DNA of 64,000 bases from Lama guanicoe (lineage: Eukaryota). Below are positions 50,603 to 63,600 of this stretch, piece after piece. The DNA lies in NCBI GenBank assembly GCA_013239625.1, contig MU054338.1:4812724-4876723 (forward strand), in the 5' to 3' direction. A program made the position numbers and the translations under genes. Each line of letters begins with the position of its first letter. Within the stretch, counting starts at the first letter, position 1. The notes under the pieces are model-generated. The model was not told the origin of the DNA, made no database searches, and worked only from the letters and a program-made list of their open reading frames with translations.

Positions 50603-51861
50603 GCTACTGCGATAGAGAACTGGCCCCCAGGGCGGGCAGAGCATGGAGGGCTGCACCTCCCCCCACAGGGCAGGTGCCTCCAGGTGACCTGAGCTACAGG
50701 TTTTGCATTTCTTCCTTTCCTGGCCCCATACATGGGCATTTCCTTCTTCCTCATTCCTCCCTCTTTCCGGAGCACTGTTTTGCTGGGTGTCCTGCTGGTG
50801 GTTGCTGTTGGCAGGGGTGTCCCGTTTTTCTTCCATCGGAAGATCTCCAGCCAGCTTGCTGACACATGAGCTGTCTTTCACCAAGGCTGATGCAGGCTTG
50901 GCAAAGTCCTCAGTGCACTGGCTTCAGCGTCTTGAAGTCCTTTTAAGCAGCAGGTGACTTCCTGTTTCTTCCTCTCTTCTTCTTTGGGGCAGGGCTGAGA
51001 TCTGCTGGCTACGGGGACGTTCCTGGAGAACCAGGATCAAGCCCCCAGAGCCTTACCTCAGGCATCAAATTCAAGGGGCAGCTGGGAGGTTGGCAGAAGC
51101 AAGGAAAGATCCAGAACTGAGCCATGGACAGTGTGTAAATGAGTGGCTACATCCACATGACAGTGGCAGGGTTGAGAATGTTGTAGCATGACTGCAAAGC
51201 TGAAAATACTTACCCTGTGGCTCTTTATGGCCAATGTTTGCCCATCCCTGCGCTAGCTTTTCCAGCAGCAAGGAAGACCCAGGGAAGTGACTTACAGTAG
51301 CTGGCAGAGAAATAAACCCCCTACACATCTGACCTTGAAGAACGAGGGTTCCCATAGGCACGAATTTCCTGAACATCACTTTACAATCACAGAAGACTGT
51401 ACAAATAATGAGAGTCATGGGTAACATTAGTGTACTAAGCACGTACAGTACCCCAAACCACCAAGTTCTTTAAGTGGATTTCCTCATTAGCACTCATGCC
51501 CACACTGTAAGGCACACATTAGTGCCTCCACTTTCTACAGGTAAGGAAACTGAGGCCCAGAGGAGTTAAGTTCTGGCCCACAGACACACAGTCAGGATTC
51601 GAACTTTGGTGACTGATCCCTCACCACATCACACCATTTGATTTCTTTTAATAAAATAAACTAATTGTTTTTAGTTGTACCAAAGGCAACATTTTATATC
51701 TTAAAAGAAAATTAAGTTACAGACAAACGGAGAGCAAAAGTTTCACATACCCAAGACACTTTGTTGTTTGATGCACTTTATATCACTATTTGGGACAATT
51801 TTTAAGGCCACCAAAAAAGACAGTGATAGCTCTGTACAATAGTATTTAAAATAACAGAGTC

Positions 51862-51977
51862 GGGGGAGGGTATAGCTCAATGGTAGAGCGCATGCTTAGC
51901 ATGCATGAGGTCCTGGGTTCAATCCCCAGTACCTCCATTAAAAACATAAATAAACTGAATTACCCCCCCAACAAAAT
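51862..51977 (+). mobile_element. camelid tRNA-derived SINE (Vic-1-like)
   Basis: gggggagggtatagctcaatggtagagcgcatgcttagcatgcatgaggtcctgggttcaatccccagtacctcc; TSD TAAAATAACA. Confidence 0.9.
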
Positions 51978-52476
51978 TAAAATAACAAGAAGATGAAAAC
52001 ACTTTTATTTTGCATTTCTGCAAACTATTCTAAAGACAGCAAATGTGTGCTCAGCTGTTTTTTCCTTTGCTTCAAAATAAGCTACCAGTAATTCTAAACC
52101 AGGCAAAAATGTGTTGTTCCCAAATGAAATATAATTGGTCATACTTGTAAAAATGTTTTGCAGTGAGTCCTTGGCTTCTATGAAAACCCAAAAATAGCAA
52201 AGGAAAGACTAGAGTTTATTTTCAAATTCTATGACTAGCTTCCAATAATCTCTTATCAGTAGACTTCCAGGCAAAATACCAGATACTAAGGATTAGATTT
52301 AATTCTTGAAGATAAGTATGAAACTTGTGGATTGCTTTCTGTGGCTAGCATAAACCGATGAAAAACCAAATGTAGAATGCCACACAAGGCAGGCAGGAGC
52401 AATAACTTAATGTTTTGTTTTATTATACGGAAAGTCAATGCTAATACTCTAGAGAAACTAACACCTACCTAGGGAA

Positions 52477-53208
52477 TTTTTTTTTAACTTAAGTATAGTC
52501 AGTTACAATGTGTCAATTTCTGGTGTACAGCATCATGTCCCAGTCATACAGATACATCCACATATTCGTTTTCATATTCTTTTTCATTAAAGATTATGAC
52601 AAGATACCCTGTGCTATACAGAAGAAATTCAGTTTTTTATCTATTTTTGTATCTAGTAGTTAATATTTGCACATCTTAAACTCTCAAATATATCCCTTCC
52701 CACCCTCTTTCACCCGGTAACCATAAGATGGTTTCTTATGTCTATAAATCTGTTTCTGTTTTGTAGATAGTTCATTTAGTGTCTTCTTTTTTCTTTTTTT
52801 AGATTCCACATATGAGTGATAGTGTATGGTATTTTTCTCTCTCTTTCTGGCTTACCTCACTTAGAATGACGATCTCCAGGTCCATCCATGTTGCTGCAAA
52901 TGGCATTATTTTATTCCTTTTTTATGGCTGAGTAGTATTCCATTGTATAAATATACCACAAGTTCTTTTTCCAGTCATCTGTCGATGGGCATTTAGGTTG
53001 TTTCCATGCCTTGGCTATTGTACATAGTGCTGCTATGAACATTAGGGTGCAGGTGTCTTTTCGAATTTGAGTTCCCTCCAGATATATGCCCAGGCATAGG
53101 ATTGCTGGATCATACGGTATGTCTACCTTTAGTTTTCTGAGGAATCTCCATACTGTTTTCCATAATGGTTGCACCAAACTACATTCCCACCAACAGTGTA
53201 GGAGGGTT
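52477..53208 (-). mobile_element. 5'-truncated young L1 with ORF2 C-terminus
   Basis: ORF 52911-53177 ([26 protein letters not shown]...YYSAIKK); TSD CTAC(C/T)TAGGG(A/C)A at 52465 and 53209. Confidence 0.9.
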
Positions 53209-53409
53209 CTACTTAGGGCATTTTAACATTGTAGCAAACCAAAAGATCGAAATGACCAGACCTGTAACTTGGAACTGGAATATTCTGCTGCATTTTGGCA
53301 TCACACCCTAACTTAGAGTGTAGAACGATCTAAGGACTCTCAGCGCCACCTTGGCACAATAGAATAGCTCCTCTTACCCCTCCAGTGGTGGGGAGACCCC
53401 TTTTCTCCC

Positions 53410-54025
53410 TGAAACTTTTCATATTAGATTTACAAACGTGCAAAAAAAGCAGAGAGAGCCCCCTCGTACTGTTTGCCTAGCTTCCCCTCATGGTAACATC
53501 TTATATGACCACAACACATTTGTCACAACTTAGAAACCAACATTGGTTCAATACTATTAACCAAACTCCAGATTTTATTCCAATTTCACCTGTTTTTTTT
53601 TTCCATCAGTGTTCTTCTGTTACAGGATCCAATTCAGATACTACATTATCTTCAATCATCCTGTCTCCCCAGTCCCTCTGGTTTGTGAGGGTTTCTCAAA
53701 ATTCTTCTTACTGTCCATGATCTTGACAGTCTTGAAAGAAGTATTAGCCAGGTGTCTTGTGCAATGTCCCTTAATCTGGGTTTATCTGTTTTTCTATAAT
53801 TAGAAAGGGGTTATGGGTTTGGTGAACCTTCTTGTCCCATCGTATCAGGGGTAGGGGGTTAGTACTATCAATATGACATCCCTGAGGATGTTAGCCTTTA
53901 TTACCTGGTTAAGGTAAGGTCTGCCAGGTTACTAATTTTCCCCTTTCCTACTCTTCTTGGGAAGTGAGTCACTCAATCCAGCCTACTCTCAGGGTGGTAG
54001 GAATCAAGTTCTGCCTCCTGGAGAC
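53410..54025 (-). mobile_element. older L1 3'UTR fragment
   Basis: cctagcttcccct.atggtaacatctta...ccaggtgtcttgt..aatgtcc motifs typical of L1M 3' ends. Confidence 0.6.
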
Positions 54026-54143
54026 ACCATTTGACTTTCAGGACAGCCCTCTGAGATCAAGCAAGATTTGACTTTCTGTAAAAGAAATGATGTGTGTAGC
54101 ATTCACCATGGTGCCTGGTACACATGGGCAGTGGTAGCATCTG

Positions 54144-54174
<31 letters not shown>

Positions 54175-54807
54175 TTCTTGCTGCTGAGGCAAAGCCAGCA
54201 TCTAAGTCACAGACCCCAACCCTGGGCTTTGACCACATCTCCCACACCTGCCTAAGAAAGCATGTGAGGCCAGAATGACTGGGTCTCACTCCCAGTGGCT
54301 AAGAGCAGGCACTGCCCAGGTGTAACTCATCACAAGCCTACTACCATTGAAAGTGTTCAAAGCCAGATGTCACTGCCTGTCCCCTTAAAGAAACAGCCCC
54401 ACAGTAACTTAAACAGAACAGGGAATGAGTCATGCTCCAGATAATTGTGGAAGGTGGGTCTCCAGGGTAAAGCTGAGATGCTTTCCCTGAGACCAGCCCC
54501 ACTGATGGAGCACCATTCCAGACAGTCTTGCTCCTGGCCTTGACCTCTGAGGCCCCTCCAAGGTCGGACCTTGCCTACCCCTCCACCCTTCTCTCTCACT
54601 ACTCAGCCACCAGGCTCCATGACCCAGCCACCCCGAAGTCTCGTGGTTGTCCGTGCACATTACTGTGACTTGCTCATTCAGCACTGTTCCTGGAACTGCC
54701 TCCGCCAGCTAATTCTTACTCACCCTTTAAGACAAAGCACAGGGCCACCTCCCCCAGGAAGCCTGAATTAGGTGACTATATATGTAAGTTCTGAGTGTCT
54801 CTAAGGC

Positions 54808-55020
54808 CAGTTGCTGTCAGTCAAGGGCCATTTTGCACCCCAAGGAATATTTGGCAATGTCTGGAGACACTTTTGGTTGTCAGGTTAGGGGCAGGTGCTA
54901 TTGGCATCTAATGGGTAGACACCAGAGATGCTGTTCAACATCTTCCGATGCACAGGAGACCCGGAGACAGAGAATTATCCAGCCCCAACCGTCCATAGTG
55001 CCAAGATTGAGAAACACTGC
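54808..55020. mobile_element. MER20 DNA transposon
   Basis: attttgcaccccaaggaatatttggcaatgtctggagacacttttggttgtca. Confidence 0.8.
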
Positions 55021-56249
55021 TGTGGATGTGAGTTCCCTTTGTCTTCTTAGCCTTTGGCAGAGTCCCTAGTCCACAGTAAGGACTCAATAAATGCAGAATG
55101 ATTGCATGGATAAAAGACAAGACACACGTCACCTTCGTTAACAGGCCCCTTGGGAAAAAAAATGGTTTCTACCTTTAGGGGAGAACTATGTCAACCTGAA
55201 GAGTTCTCTAACCAAGGTGGCTATAAATATAAGGATCATGTCACTCCTCCTGCTTAAAATCTTCAATGGCTCCCCATCGCCTTGAGAATAAAGTCCAAAA
55301 GTCACAACAATTCAGAGAGTGAACATTTACAGATCCACTGAGACCTCAAAAGTACCTATGTCAGGGCTTCTGACCTCAGCTGGGGTGGGGTGTCTGATGA
55401 AGTATGTCCTTGCACTTCCGGAACCTCCAGTTCTTGGGACATGCTCCCTCTCCTCATCATGAAGACTGGACTTAAGCTGAAGGCAGGTCACCTAGGGACT
55501 CTGCCACCCCAGTTTCTGAACTGAGAGCTCTCAACCATAGATTGTGTGCGTTTTGAAGTGAGTTTCATTTGGGGCGCTTTTGGCCTGGTTGACCAACCAG
55601 CTTGGACCTAAGGTGAAAGGCTCCTCTCCTGGTTCCTGCCCACTCCCTCCACCTATGGGGAACCTGGATTAGACAAGAAGCCTCAGGACTGGGATGTCTG
55701 ATGGCACCCGAGGGGTGCCGGTGCTTGGAGTGCCTGTGTGGCACCTGTGTGGGAGTGTCTGGCATATGTTTCACACTCTGAACACCTGTTTGGGGGTATC
55801 TGAAAGCATCTGTGTTGGAAGTATGTGGTATGTGTTTTGGAGGTATCTGAGAGTTTCCATGTGGGATCTCTGCTACCTATCTGGGTGTCTGAAAGCCTGT
55901 TTGGGGATATCTGATGGCTCCTGGATGAAGGTATCTGGTACTTTGGGGATATTTAGCATGTTTTTCAGATTCTGAATAGTCTGGGGTATTTAACAGACCC
56001 AGGTGGGGTGTCTGACCTATTTTCGAGTACCTGAAAACATGTTTTGAGTACCTGATGGCATCTGCCTGGGGGTCTGGTATGTGTTTGGGGGATCTGGGGA
56101 TACCTATGTTGGGATGTCTATGACTCACTTTTCCCAGACTTGGTAGTCTGCACTCCTGTAACATACGCTGCCACTTCTTCGCAAGTGACAGACCTGTTCT
56201 CTCCATTTCTGGTACCTTTCCCTTTCAAACTTCTTGCTCCCGGATTCAT

Positions 56250-57150
56250 CCCTTTTAGAAGCCTTCAGGCTCCCCGCTAACTAGCCCGCCACCGCCTCCA
56301 GGCACCCCTAGTTCCCCAAGTCGCCCCTGGCCCCGCCAATCCCCCCTGGGTCCCCTCTAGGCGCCCCCCAGTCCCGCTGACACGCCCCTCAAGGATGGCC
56401 CTCACCCTCCTCGCAAGCACCCTCCCACTTCGGTCTCCACGCCCCGCCTAAGGCCAAGCGAACAGCCCCAGGTTCGGCTTGAACCAGTCCTTGGTTCCCG
56501 GGACCCACGGATCCTCGAGGCCCCGCCCCCTTCCGGGCCCTCACTCTCGGATCCGCCCTCGGGGGCGGGGCCGCGCGTGCGCAAATCGCCGGCGCGGCTT
56601 CCCGCTTCCGGCTCGCGCTGAGGGCGGCTGTGGATCCCGGGAGGCCGGGCAGCAGCGGCGGCGGAGGCACTATCGGAGCTGCGGGCGACGAGCATCCTGC
56701 GGGGGACCGAGGTGAGGGCGGCGGGGCGGGTCCGAGGAGGACGGGGCTCGGGAGAAGCCCTCAGGCCCGGGAAGGCGCCGTCGGGCCCCGGGGGCGGCCT
56801 GGGGCGCGGGACCCCCGGGCGGCGTCGGCCTTGGACCCAGCCCCCGGCCGCCTCCTCCAAGCTGGCGGGCGGGACCTGCAGGCTAGGCTACCCCTTCGGT
56901 GCATGTGGGCTCCGTTTAGCTGATGCAGAATGCAGACGATGCCCCCCGGCCCCGTCCCAGCGCCAGCCCTTGGGTGGTGCAGGCTCTCTCGTTCAGAGGG
57001 AAAGGGCACCGGTTCCAGGTTCCGGAGCGTCTGGGGCAGGACCGGGGATGCGGTGATAACCATAACAATACCCAGCACCGGGGTACTTGAAGCCTTGGAG
57101 TGGCACTCGCTCCACGGGGCAGACGTCCTCCCTGCCAGTTGAGCGTCCGA
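56250..57150 (+). promoter_or_regulatory. ARHGEF18: CpG-island promoter and non-coding first exon (about 56590-56711) of the shorter ARHGEF18 isoform
   Basis: dense CpG; GC box GGGGCGGGGC (56562), NRF1-like GCGCGTGCGCA (56573), ETS CTTCCGG (56605); donor GAG|GTGAGG at 56711/56712; no ATG in the exon. Confidence 0.75.
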
Positions 57151-59699
57151 GCCACAAAGCCAGACGAAGTGTGTGCGCTTTGGGTCTTCCTTACTCCTCG
57201 CTCCGGTTTCTTGTGGAAGAGTTTAGATGGTGCGCTGCAGCTTTCACTGGGGGCAGGACTGGGAGGCCGTTGGTTCTTGCACGGTTTGTTGTAGCTGTCT
57301 TCCCCTTGTCTGTTCTACCTGGTGCTCTGTGGTGATGGAAGCAGTAGAAGAGAGTGCTGGCCCAGGGGGTAAAAAGTATTCTAAAGTTTTACCTCGAAAA
57401 TGAAGAACACTTTTCCCCCTTTGCCTCGTTCGAGGAGAGTGGAACTCCAGCCAGGAGCGTTGAAGGGCCGGTCTCTTGTTGACTAGAGAGAGTTCAGGAC
57501 AGGTGAACAGCCTTATGGCCAAGGGCGATCTGGGGATGATTTTGCAGGTATCCGGGTGAATGATTAATTCCGGAGCCGTATGGAGAAGTGTCAAGAGCGC
57601 GGGCTTCAGTGTCATATCAAACCTGGGTTCTGGTCCCAGTTTTCACCTCTAAGCCTCGGCCTCGCCACCTTTAAAACGGGAATAAGGTCTGGTTCGGGGT
57701 TTGATGAAATCAGATTGTGAGGTGCATAGTGGAGTGCCTGGCACATGGTGAATGCTCCCTCCGGAAATGTTATATATTATATGCGTATGCATATATCTGC
57801 CCCCTCCCCGGCTTGTATTTTTAAGTTGATGTTCCAAGTAATAAGGAGTCTGGAAAATCTTGAGTATCTCGGTTGTTGTTTGGCCTGAGTCAGAGTTTAC
57901 ACCTTATCAATAGTTTGCTATCTACGGGTTAAGCCCTGTTGAGGAGGGAAAAAAGTTGTTTTAAAGTGAATAAGAGCCTATAGCTGGTCAGCATAGTGAG
58001 TTTAATTCTTGTAAATATAACTTGTTTGGTTTTGTATAGCTTATTTCACTTATTTTTTTTAATTGAAGTACAGTTACAGTGTGTCAAATTCTAGTGTACA
58101 GAATTATGTCCCAGTCATGCATATATGTACATATATTCGCTTGTTTCAGTTTTAAACTGCATACATGAGAGAAAGGGGAAAATGATTCTTTGATTCTTTT
58201 CTTTCGCTTTTTTTCCTTAAGTTGACTCGAGAATGCCCCCACTTTGAAAGTTGTAGCGGCACGTACATTGTTTCTGGCAGAAACTGTGGTGTGATTTTCC
58301 TTCTTGTCACACAGTAGCGATTTCAGCAGGGCCAGTTGCCCTTGTCACCAGCCTCTGGGACTAAGGCTGTGGTCACCAGCTGTGCCTCCCTGGGTGTTTA
58401 CGTTCCACATTTTTAGCATATTTTTGATCCTTGGGTCAAGGTCTCCTTCATTCTTCGTCTCTTATCCTGGGTCCTGTGTCCATTTCCTTTAAATTCCGCT
58501 GATGACTTTTGAAACATTTTCATCTCGGGCTCTCTCAAGTCATTTAAAGCCCGGAGACCTTTGTCACATCCAGCCAATCATCGTTTCTTTGTTACTTGTT
58601 GGTTAAACTTTACTTTCCCCCTTGAAAGTGGCGAAGAGCTGCTGTGTTTTGAAAACCTTCTCTCCAGGTGCAAAGCAATTCCAATCAGCTCCTGGAGCTG
58701 CCTGTAGGAATTTGTTGGAGGAGGAATGTGGCCAACCCGTAGAGGGAGAGGGGTGGGGTGGGGGGGTGGCCAGCGACACTGATTAAAATAATGTCCTCCG
58801 GGAGATCTCAGTGAGAGGACCCCTGCAGCCTGGCTCATTTTCGGTAGTTAAAACTGCCTAGATGTAAACTAAATTCTCCCTGCTTGCTTCTCTGCTTTTG
58901 TTCTTAAGTAGAGTCATAGTTTTCAGGGAGGAGAGAGTTGCAGGAGGTTATATCCAAAGTAGCAAACGCAAGCTGATTTACCATCATGTCTTGAAATAAA
59001 TACTCTAAAGGTTTAGCTAAGAGTATATACATTTAACACATTGTGGGCGGTTACATTTTAAACGCATGTAACTTTTTTTTTAATGTAACAGCTTTAGTAA
59101 GGTATAATTCATGTACCATAAAATCCACCCTTTTAAAGAGTTCCTTTATGAGGGTTTTAGTACGTTCACAGGCTTAGACAACTGTGACCACTATCTAAGG
59201 CCAGAGCATTTTATCAGCTGGTCATCCCTACGCATGGATTTCTGGAGGCAAGAAAGACAAAAAGAGGGAGGTAATCCAAGCAGGTGCCCCCTCCAATGCA
59301 GTGTGGGACGGAGGGCGGGAAGGACCACGTCAAATTACTTGGCGGGAATCCAGCGTGATCCTGCCCACAAGGACAGTTACGCACTGTTTATGGATAACTC
59401 TAATTTGCTGAGGTTAATTTTCAGAAGGAAATTGAATTGAGAAAGAAGACTAAATTGGGAGGTCACCCACAGAAGGGTTAGCATACTCACTAGTCCCCTC
59501 ACGAGTGTGGAATGGGTACCAGACACGATGGAGAGCATCCTTGAGTATCAAAGTGCTGAAGGAGTCAGCCTTGGGGTGCTCACAGTGCCAGGATATGGGG
59601 ATTGATGGTGAGTCCTTGTGACCCTTGGCAGTGTCCACGTGGGGGCTCCTAATCAAAGACTTGATTGAAAGACGGGAAGATGACCAAGTAGCAACCCTC

Positions 59700-60340
59700 A
59701 GACACAGCAGGTGGGGCTGTGGACTGGGGCCGCCACTTTGGAAGACAGTCTGGTGATTCCTCAGAAAGTTGGATGCAGATTTCCCATAGGATCCAGTGAT
59801 TCCACAACTAGGTATGCGCCAAAGAGAAATGAAAGCTGAGGTCTGCACAGAAACTGGCACAAAAATGTTCCTAGGTGCATTGTTCACAGTAGCCAGAAAA
59901 GTGGAAACAATCCAAATGTCCATCAGCCAATGAATGGGCAAAGAAAACGTGGGCCATCCACACTGTGGAATATTATTCAGCCATAAAAAGGAGCAAGGCA
60001 CTGACACATACCACAACATGGGTGAGCCTTGAAAACATGATGCCGAGTGAAAGAAGCAAGTCCCAAAACACCATAGAGTGTATGGTTCCATTTATGTGAA
60101 ATGTCTAGAACAGGCAAATCCATAGAGACAAAAAGTCAGTTAACAGTTGCCTTGGGTGGAGGGAGGGGGAAGTGGAGAGTGGCAGCTAAGGGGTGCATAT
60201 TTTCTTTTGGGGTGATGCAAAATGCTCTGAAATTGATTGTGGTGATGGAGGTACCACTCTGAATAGACTAAAAGCCATCAGATTGTACACTTGGGTGGAT
60301 CACACTGGATGTGAATTTCATCTCAAGAAAGCTGTTAAGG
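59700..60340 (+). mobile_element. L1MB-like 3' end
   Basis: ccactttggaagacagt...gaaaacatgatgccgagtgaaagaagc. Confidence 0.8.
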
Positions 60341-61699
60341 ACAGGGGTGGGGCGGCAGAGAGAGGCTGCACGAGAGTGGAAATGGTGTGGGGATGGGACA
60401 GAATTGTTAGAGGTGGTTTGAGACTAGGTAGCTGGAAGGCTGAGGGGTAAAGATAAGAGAACCCGAAAGAAAAGGGAACCACTGAGCAAGACATGACAGG
60501 AGGCTGGATTACTGACCCTTAACAGATTCTTTCTCCTGAAGTTGATTATCGACTCAGGTCCCTGCCATGTGGGAGATGGTTGCAAATACTCTGTCCCATC
60601 CATTGTGACAGACGTTGAGGCAGAGATGTGGGGCTGGAATGTCACCACAAGTGTATCTCAAGGATGGGCGGGAGAGCCCTCCATCTCCTGCAGGAGTGGT
60701 TGCGCTGAGCGTCTGCAGCAACTGGCAGAGAGGGAACAGCATGTACGAAGGCTCAGAGTCAGGAAGCAATGCGCTGTTGATCAGGTAGAGCTGAAATGGA
60801 CATTTTATAGGCTGGGGTGTTACCATAGAGGACTCTATGGCCATTTGCATCCGTAGGTGGAGGATGGCTTGGAAGGGGCGGCAGCTGGAGACAGGGAGGC
60901 TGGCTGGGGGATGATTTGGGCCCAAACAAGGACAGCTTGGAAAGAGGATAGACTTCAGAGTCTAGTCAAAGGTAGATGTTTCGGGACTTAGTTGATAGTG
61001 TGGTGGGGGAGTGTGACGCAGGTGAAGTAGGTGACTGGGCAGATGATCGGCCCTGAAGTCATCAGGTGGTAGAACTCTCCCTTACCTGGGCACCTGCAGC
61101 AAGCCAGTGGCAACACTCATCAGCATGACTAGTTTGGATCCCTCTGGAAATTCATCTTGCATTGGAGAGATGGAAAGCTGTGTTCCCTGCCCTCAGATCA
61201 AGGGTCTCTTCCTCCCACCTTCACCCGACCCCGAGATCTTTTGGGGCTCAGAAACAATGAAAGGGACCCGGAGGTTGTAGCTCTTTGGAATGGAGTGAGA
61301 GCAGGGCAGAAGGACAGCAGTTTATTGAGAAAGCAGTCACCACCAACCCTGGCTTGTGGTAGAGGAAGGAAGGAAGGAGAGATGCAGAGAACCCAGCACA
61401 GCTAAGTGATGCACAACCCATCAGCAATGAAATCTGACAGTAGAACGGCCATCTGGTTGATGCGCTTATGTAGCCACAAGTGGGAGCCTGGGGAGTTTGA
61501 CTGCCATCAGCCCAGTGGCTTCCACTTCCGGGGCTTTTCTGGCCATTCCCAGCAGCATCAGCCCCCACCCCATCCCCTCCGTGTGTTAAGTACAGAGAGT
61601 TGTGGCTTCAGAGACTGGAGGGACATCTGTGTCTCTCCTCTGTTCTGTGATGTGTAGCTGGCCTCTCCCACCACACTGATCTTGTGAAAACATCACCCA

Positions 61700-62140
61700 A
61701 AGAGGCCCACACCCTAACCCCCCAGCACTTCAAATATGTGCCCTTCCCATGACAACAAGGGACTTCGTGGCTGTGATGAAGTTAAGGCTCTGGCGCTGGG
61801 GAGGTGATGGTGGATTCTCCAGGTGGACCCCGTGTCATCGTGAGGGTCCCTATGTGAGGGAGGCAGGAGGGTCTGTGTTAGAGAAGGAGACGTGATGATG
61901 GAAGCAGAGGTCAGAGAGAGGTTAGAAGATGCTGGCTTTGAAGATGGAGGAAGGGGCCATTAGCCAAGGAGTGCAGGCAGCTGCTAGAAGCCGAAAAGAG
62001 CCAGGAAACATTCTCCTCAAGAGTCTCCAGAAGGATCATAGCCCTGCAGACCCATTTTAGACTTCAGAACCAAAAGAGAAGAAACGTGTGTTGTTCCCAG
62101 CCACCGTTTGTGCAAATTTGTTACAGAAACGATAGGACAC
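61700..62140 (+). mobile_element. MLT1 LTR
   Basis: tggctttgaagatggaggaaggggcca..agccaagga.tgcaggc..c..ctagaagc. Confidence 0.8.
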
Positions 62141-62157
62141 TTGTCCACCCAGTTTTT

Positions 62158-62290
62158 TAAAAATTAGATTTATTTATTTATTTTTAATTAGGTTTATTTA
62201 TTTTATTTTCTTAAAGGAGGTACTGGGGATTGAACCCAGGACCTCGTGCATGCTAAGCACACACTTTACCACTGAGCTCTACCCTCCCGC
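62158..62290 (-). mobile_element. camelid tRNA-derived SINE (Vic-1-like)
   Basis: ggaggtactggggattgaacccaggacctcgtgcatgctaagc; TSD GTCCA(C/T)CCAGTTTTT at 62143 and 62294. Confidence 0.88.
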
Positions 62291-63264
62291 TTCGTCCATC
62301 CAGTTTTTGTCTCATTTGCTTGGAAGCTCAGCCTTCCCATTTGACTTGGGAGTGCCCCCCAACATGCACACACACACCGGCCCCACCTCACCGCCCTTTC
62401 CAGCCCTTCCGTCAACCACAGACTCTTCCAACACTCCAGGCTTTTCTCAGGATTCCAGCTGCCTCCAGCAGGCCCTTATCACCCACCTTCGCTGACCTGC
62501 CCCGCGGGCCCTTCTGCACACACACCCGGTAGCACAGGGAGCGCAGGTCTGCTTTTGTGGTGTTGGAGACGATACTTAAATACTCAAATCCTCAGTTCCC
62601 TGTCTGTCAAATTAGAAATATAATAACACTCCTTACTTCATAGGATTGGAGTGTTTTTCTTTCTAATTGAAGTATAGTTGATTTACAGAGTTGTGTTAGT
62701 TCCTGGTGTACAGCATAGCGAGTCAGTTATACATATGTATGTATCGTTGCAGGTTACTACAAGCTATTGAATATAGTTCCTTGGGCTCTACACTATGATC
62801 TTGTTCATACAGGGCTGTCGTTGCCTGTGGCATGGGCAGCAGTGTTTGGGTGTGTTCATTCATTCATTCATTCGTTCAGCAGATTATTCCTCGTCACCTG
62901 CTGTGAACCAGGTTGCAGCAGTAAACACAACTTTGCTCTTTTTAAAAAAATTATTTTAAAAAATAACTTCTTTCACAATGAAAATATATATATAAACAAA
63001 TATAATTTTTTTTAAATGAAGGGCAACCACAGTGGTCTGCTTAGAAATTTGAGGAGCAATTGTAAGTCACATCCCGCAAGTCAGTACTTTTAAATTTGTC
63101 ACTTGCCCCAACCGATTTATTAGCAGGAAGCTCAAACCTGCCTTGTGGTGTTTCCCCATCTTCTAGAATGTTCCAGAAGTTTCAATCAAAGGAGAGGGCC
63201 CCCAGTTTCCCCACTGGCTGGGGAGAGCTCTGCCACTCAGAGGGTCGGCCACTCTGCACCTGCT

Positions 63265-63600
63265 TTTTTAAGTTGAGATGTTATAACTTCCTATGCTGTA
63301 ACGGTCACCCTTTTAAAGTGACTCTGTGGTTTTCAATATATTCAGAGTTGTGCAGCCATCACAACTGTCTAATTCTAGAACATTCTCATCACCCCAAAAG
63401 GAAATTTCATTCCCAATAGCAGTCACTCCCTGTTTCCCCATCCCCAAGCCTTCGGCGACCACAAATCCACTTCCTGTCTCTATGTATTTGCCTATTGTGG
63501 ACATTTCCTATAAATGGACTCCTACAAGTCATGGCCTTTTGCATCTGGCTTCTTTTATTTAGCATAGTGTTTTCAAGGTCCAGCCATGTCGTAGCCCGAA
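63265..63600 (-). mobile_element. L1MB-like 3' end
   Basis: tctagaacattctcatcaccccaaaaggaaa...ggacatttcctataaatgga. Confidence 0.75.

Noticed and set aside
51862..51940. tRNA-like sequence
   Set aside because: Has an A-rich tail, a TSD and multiple diverged copies in the window; it is a SINE, not a tRNA gene
59450..60091. 213-aa minus-strand ORF
   Set aside because: Mostly the antisense reading of an L1 3' end
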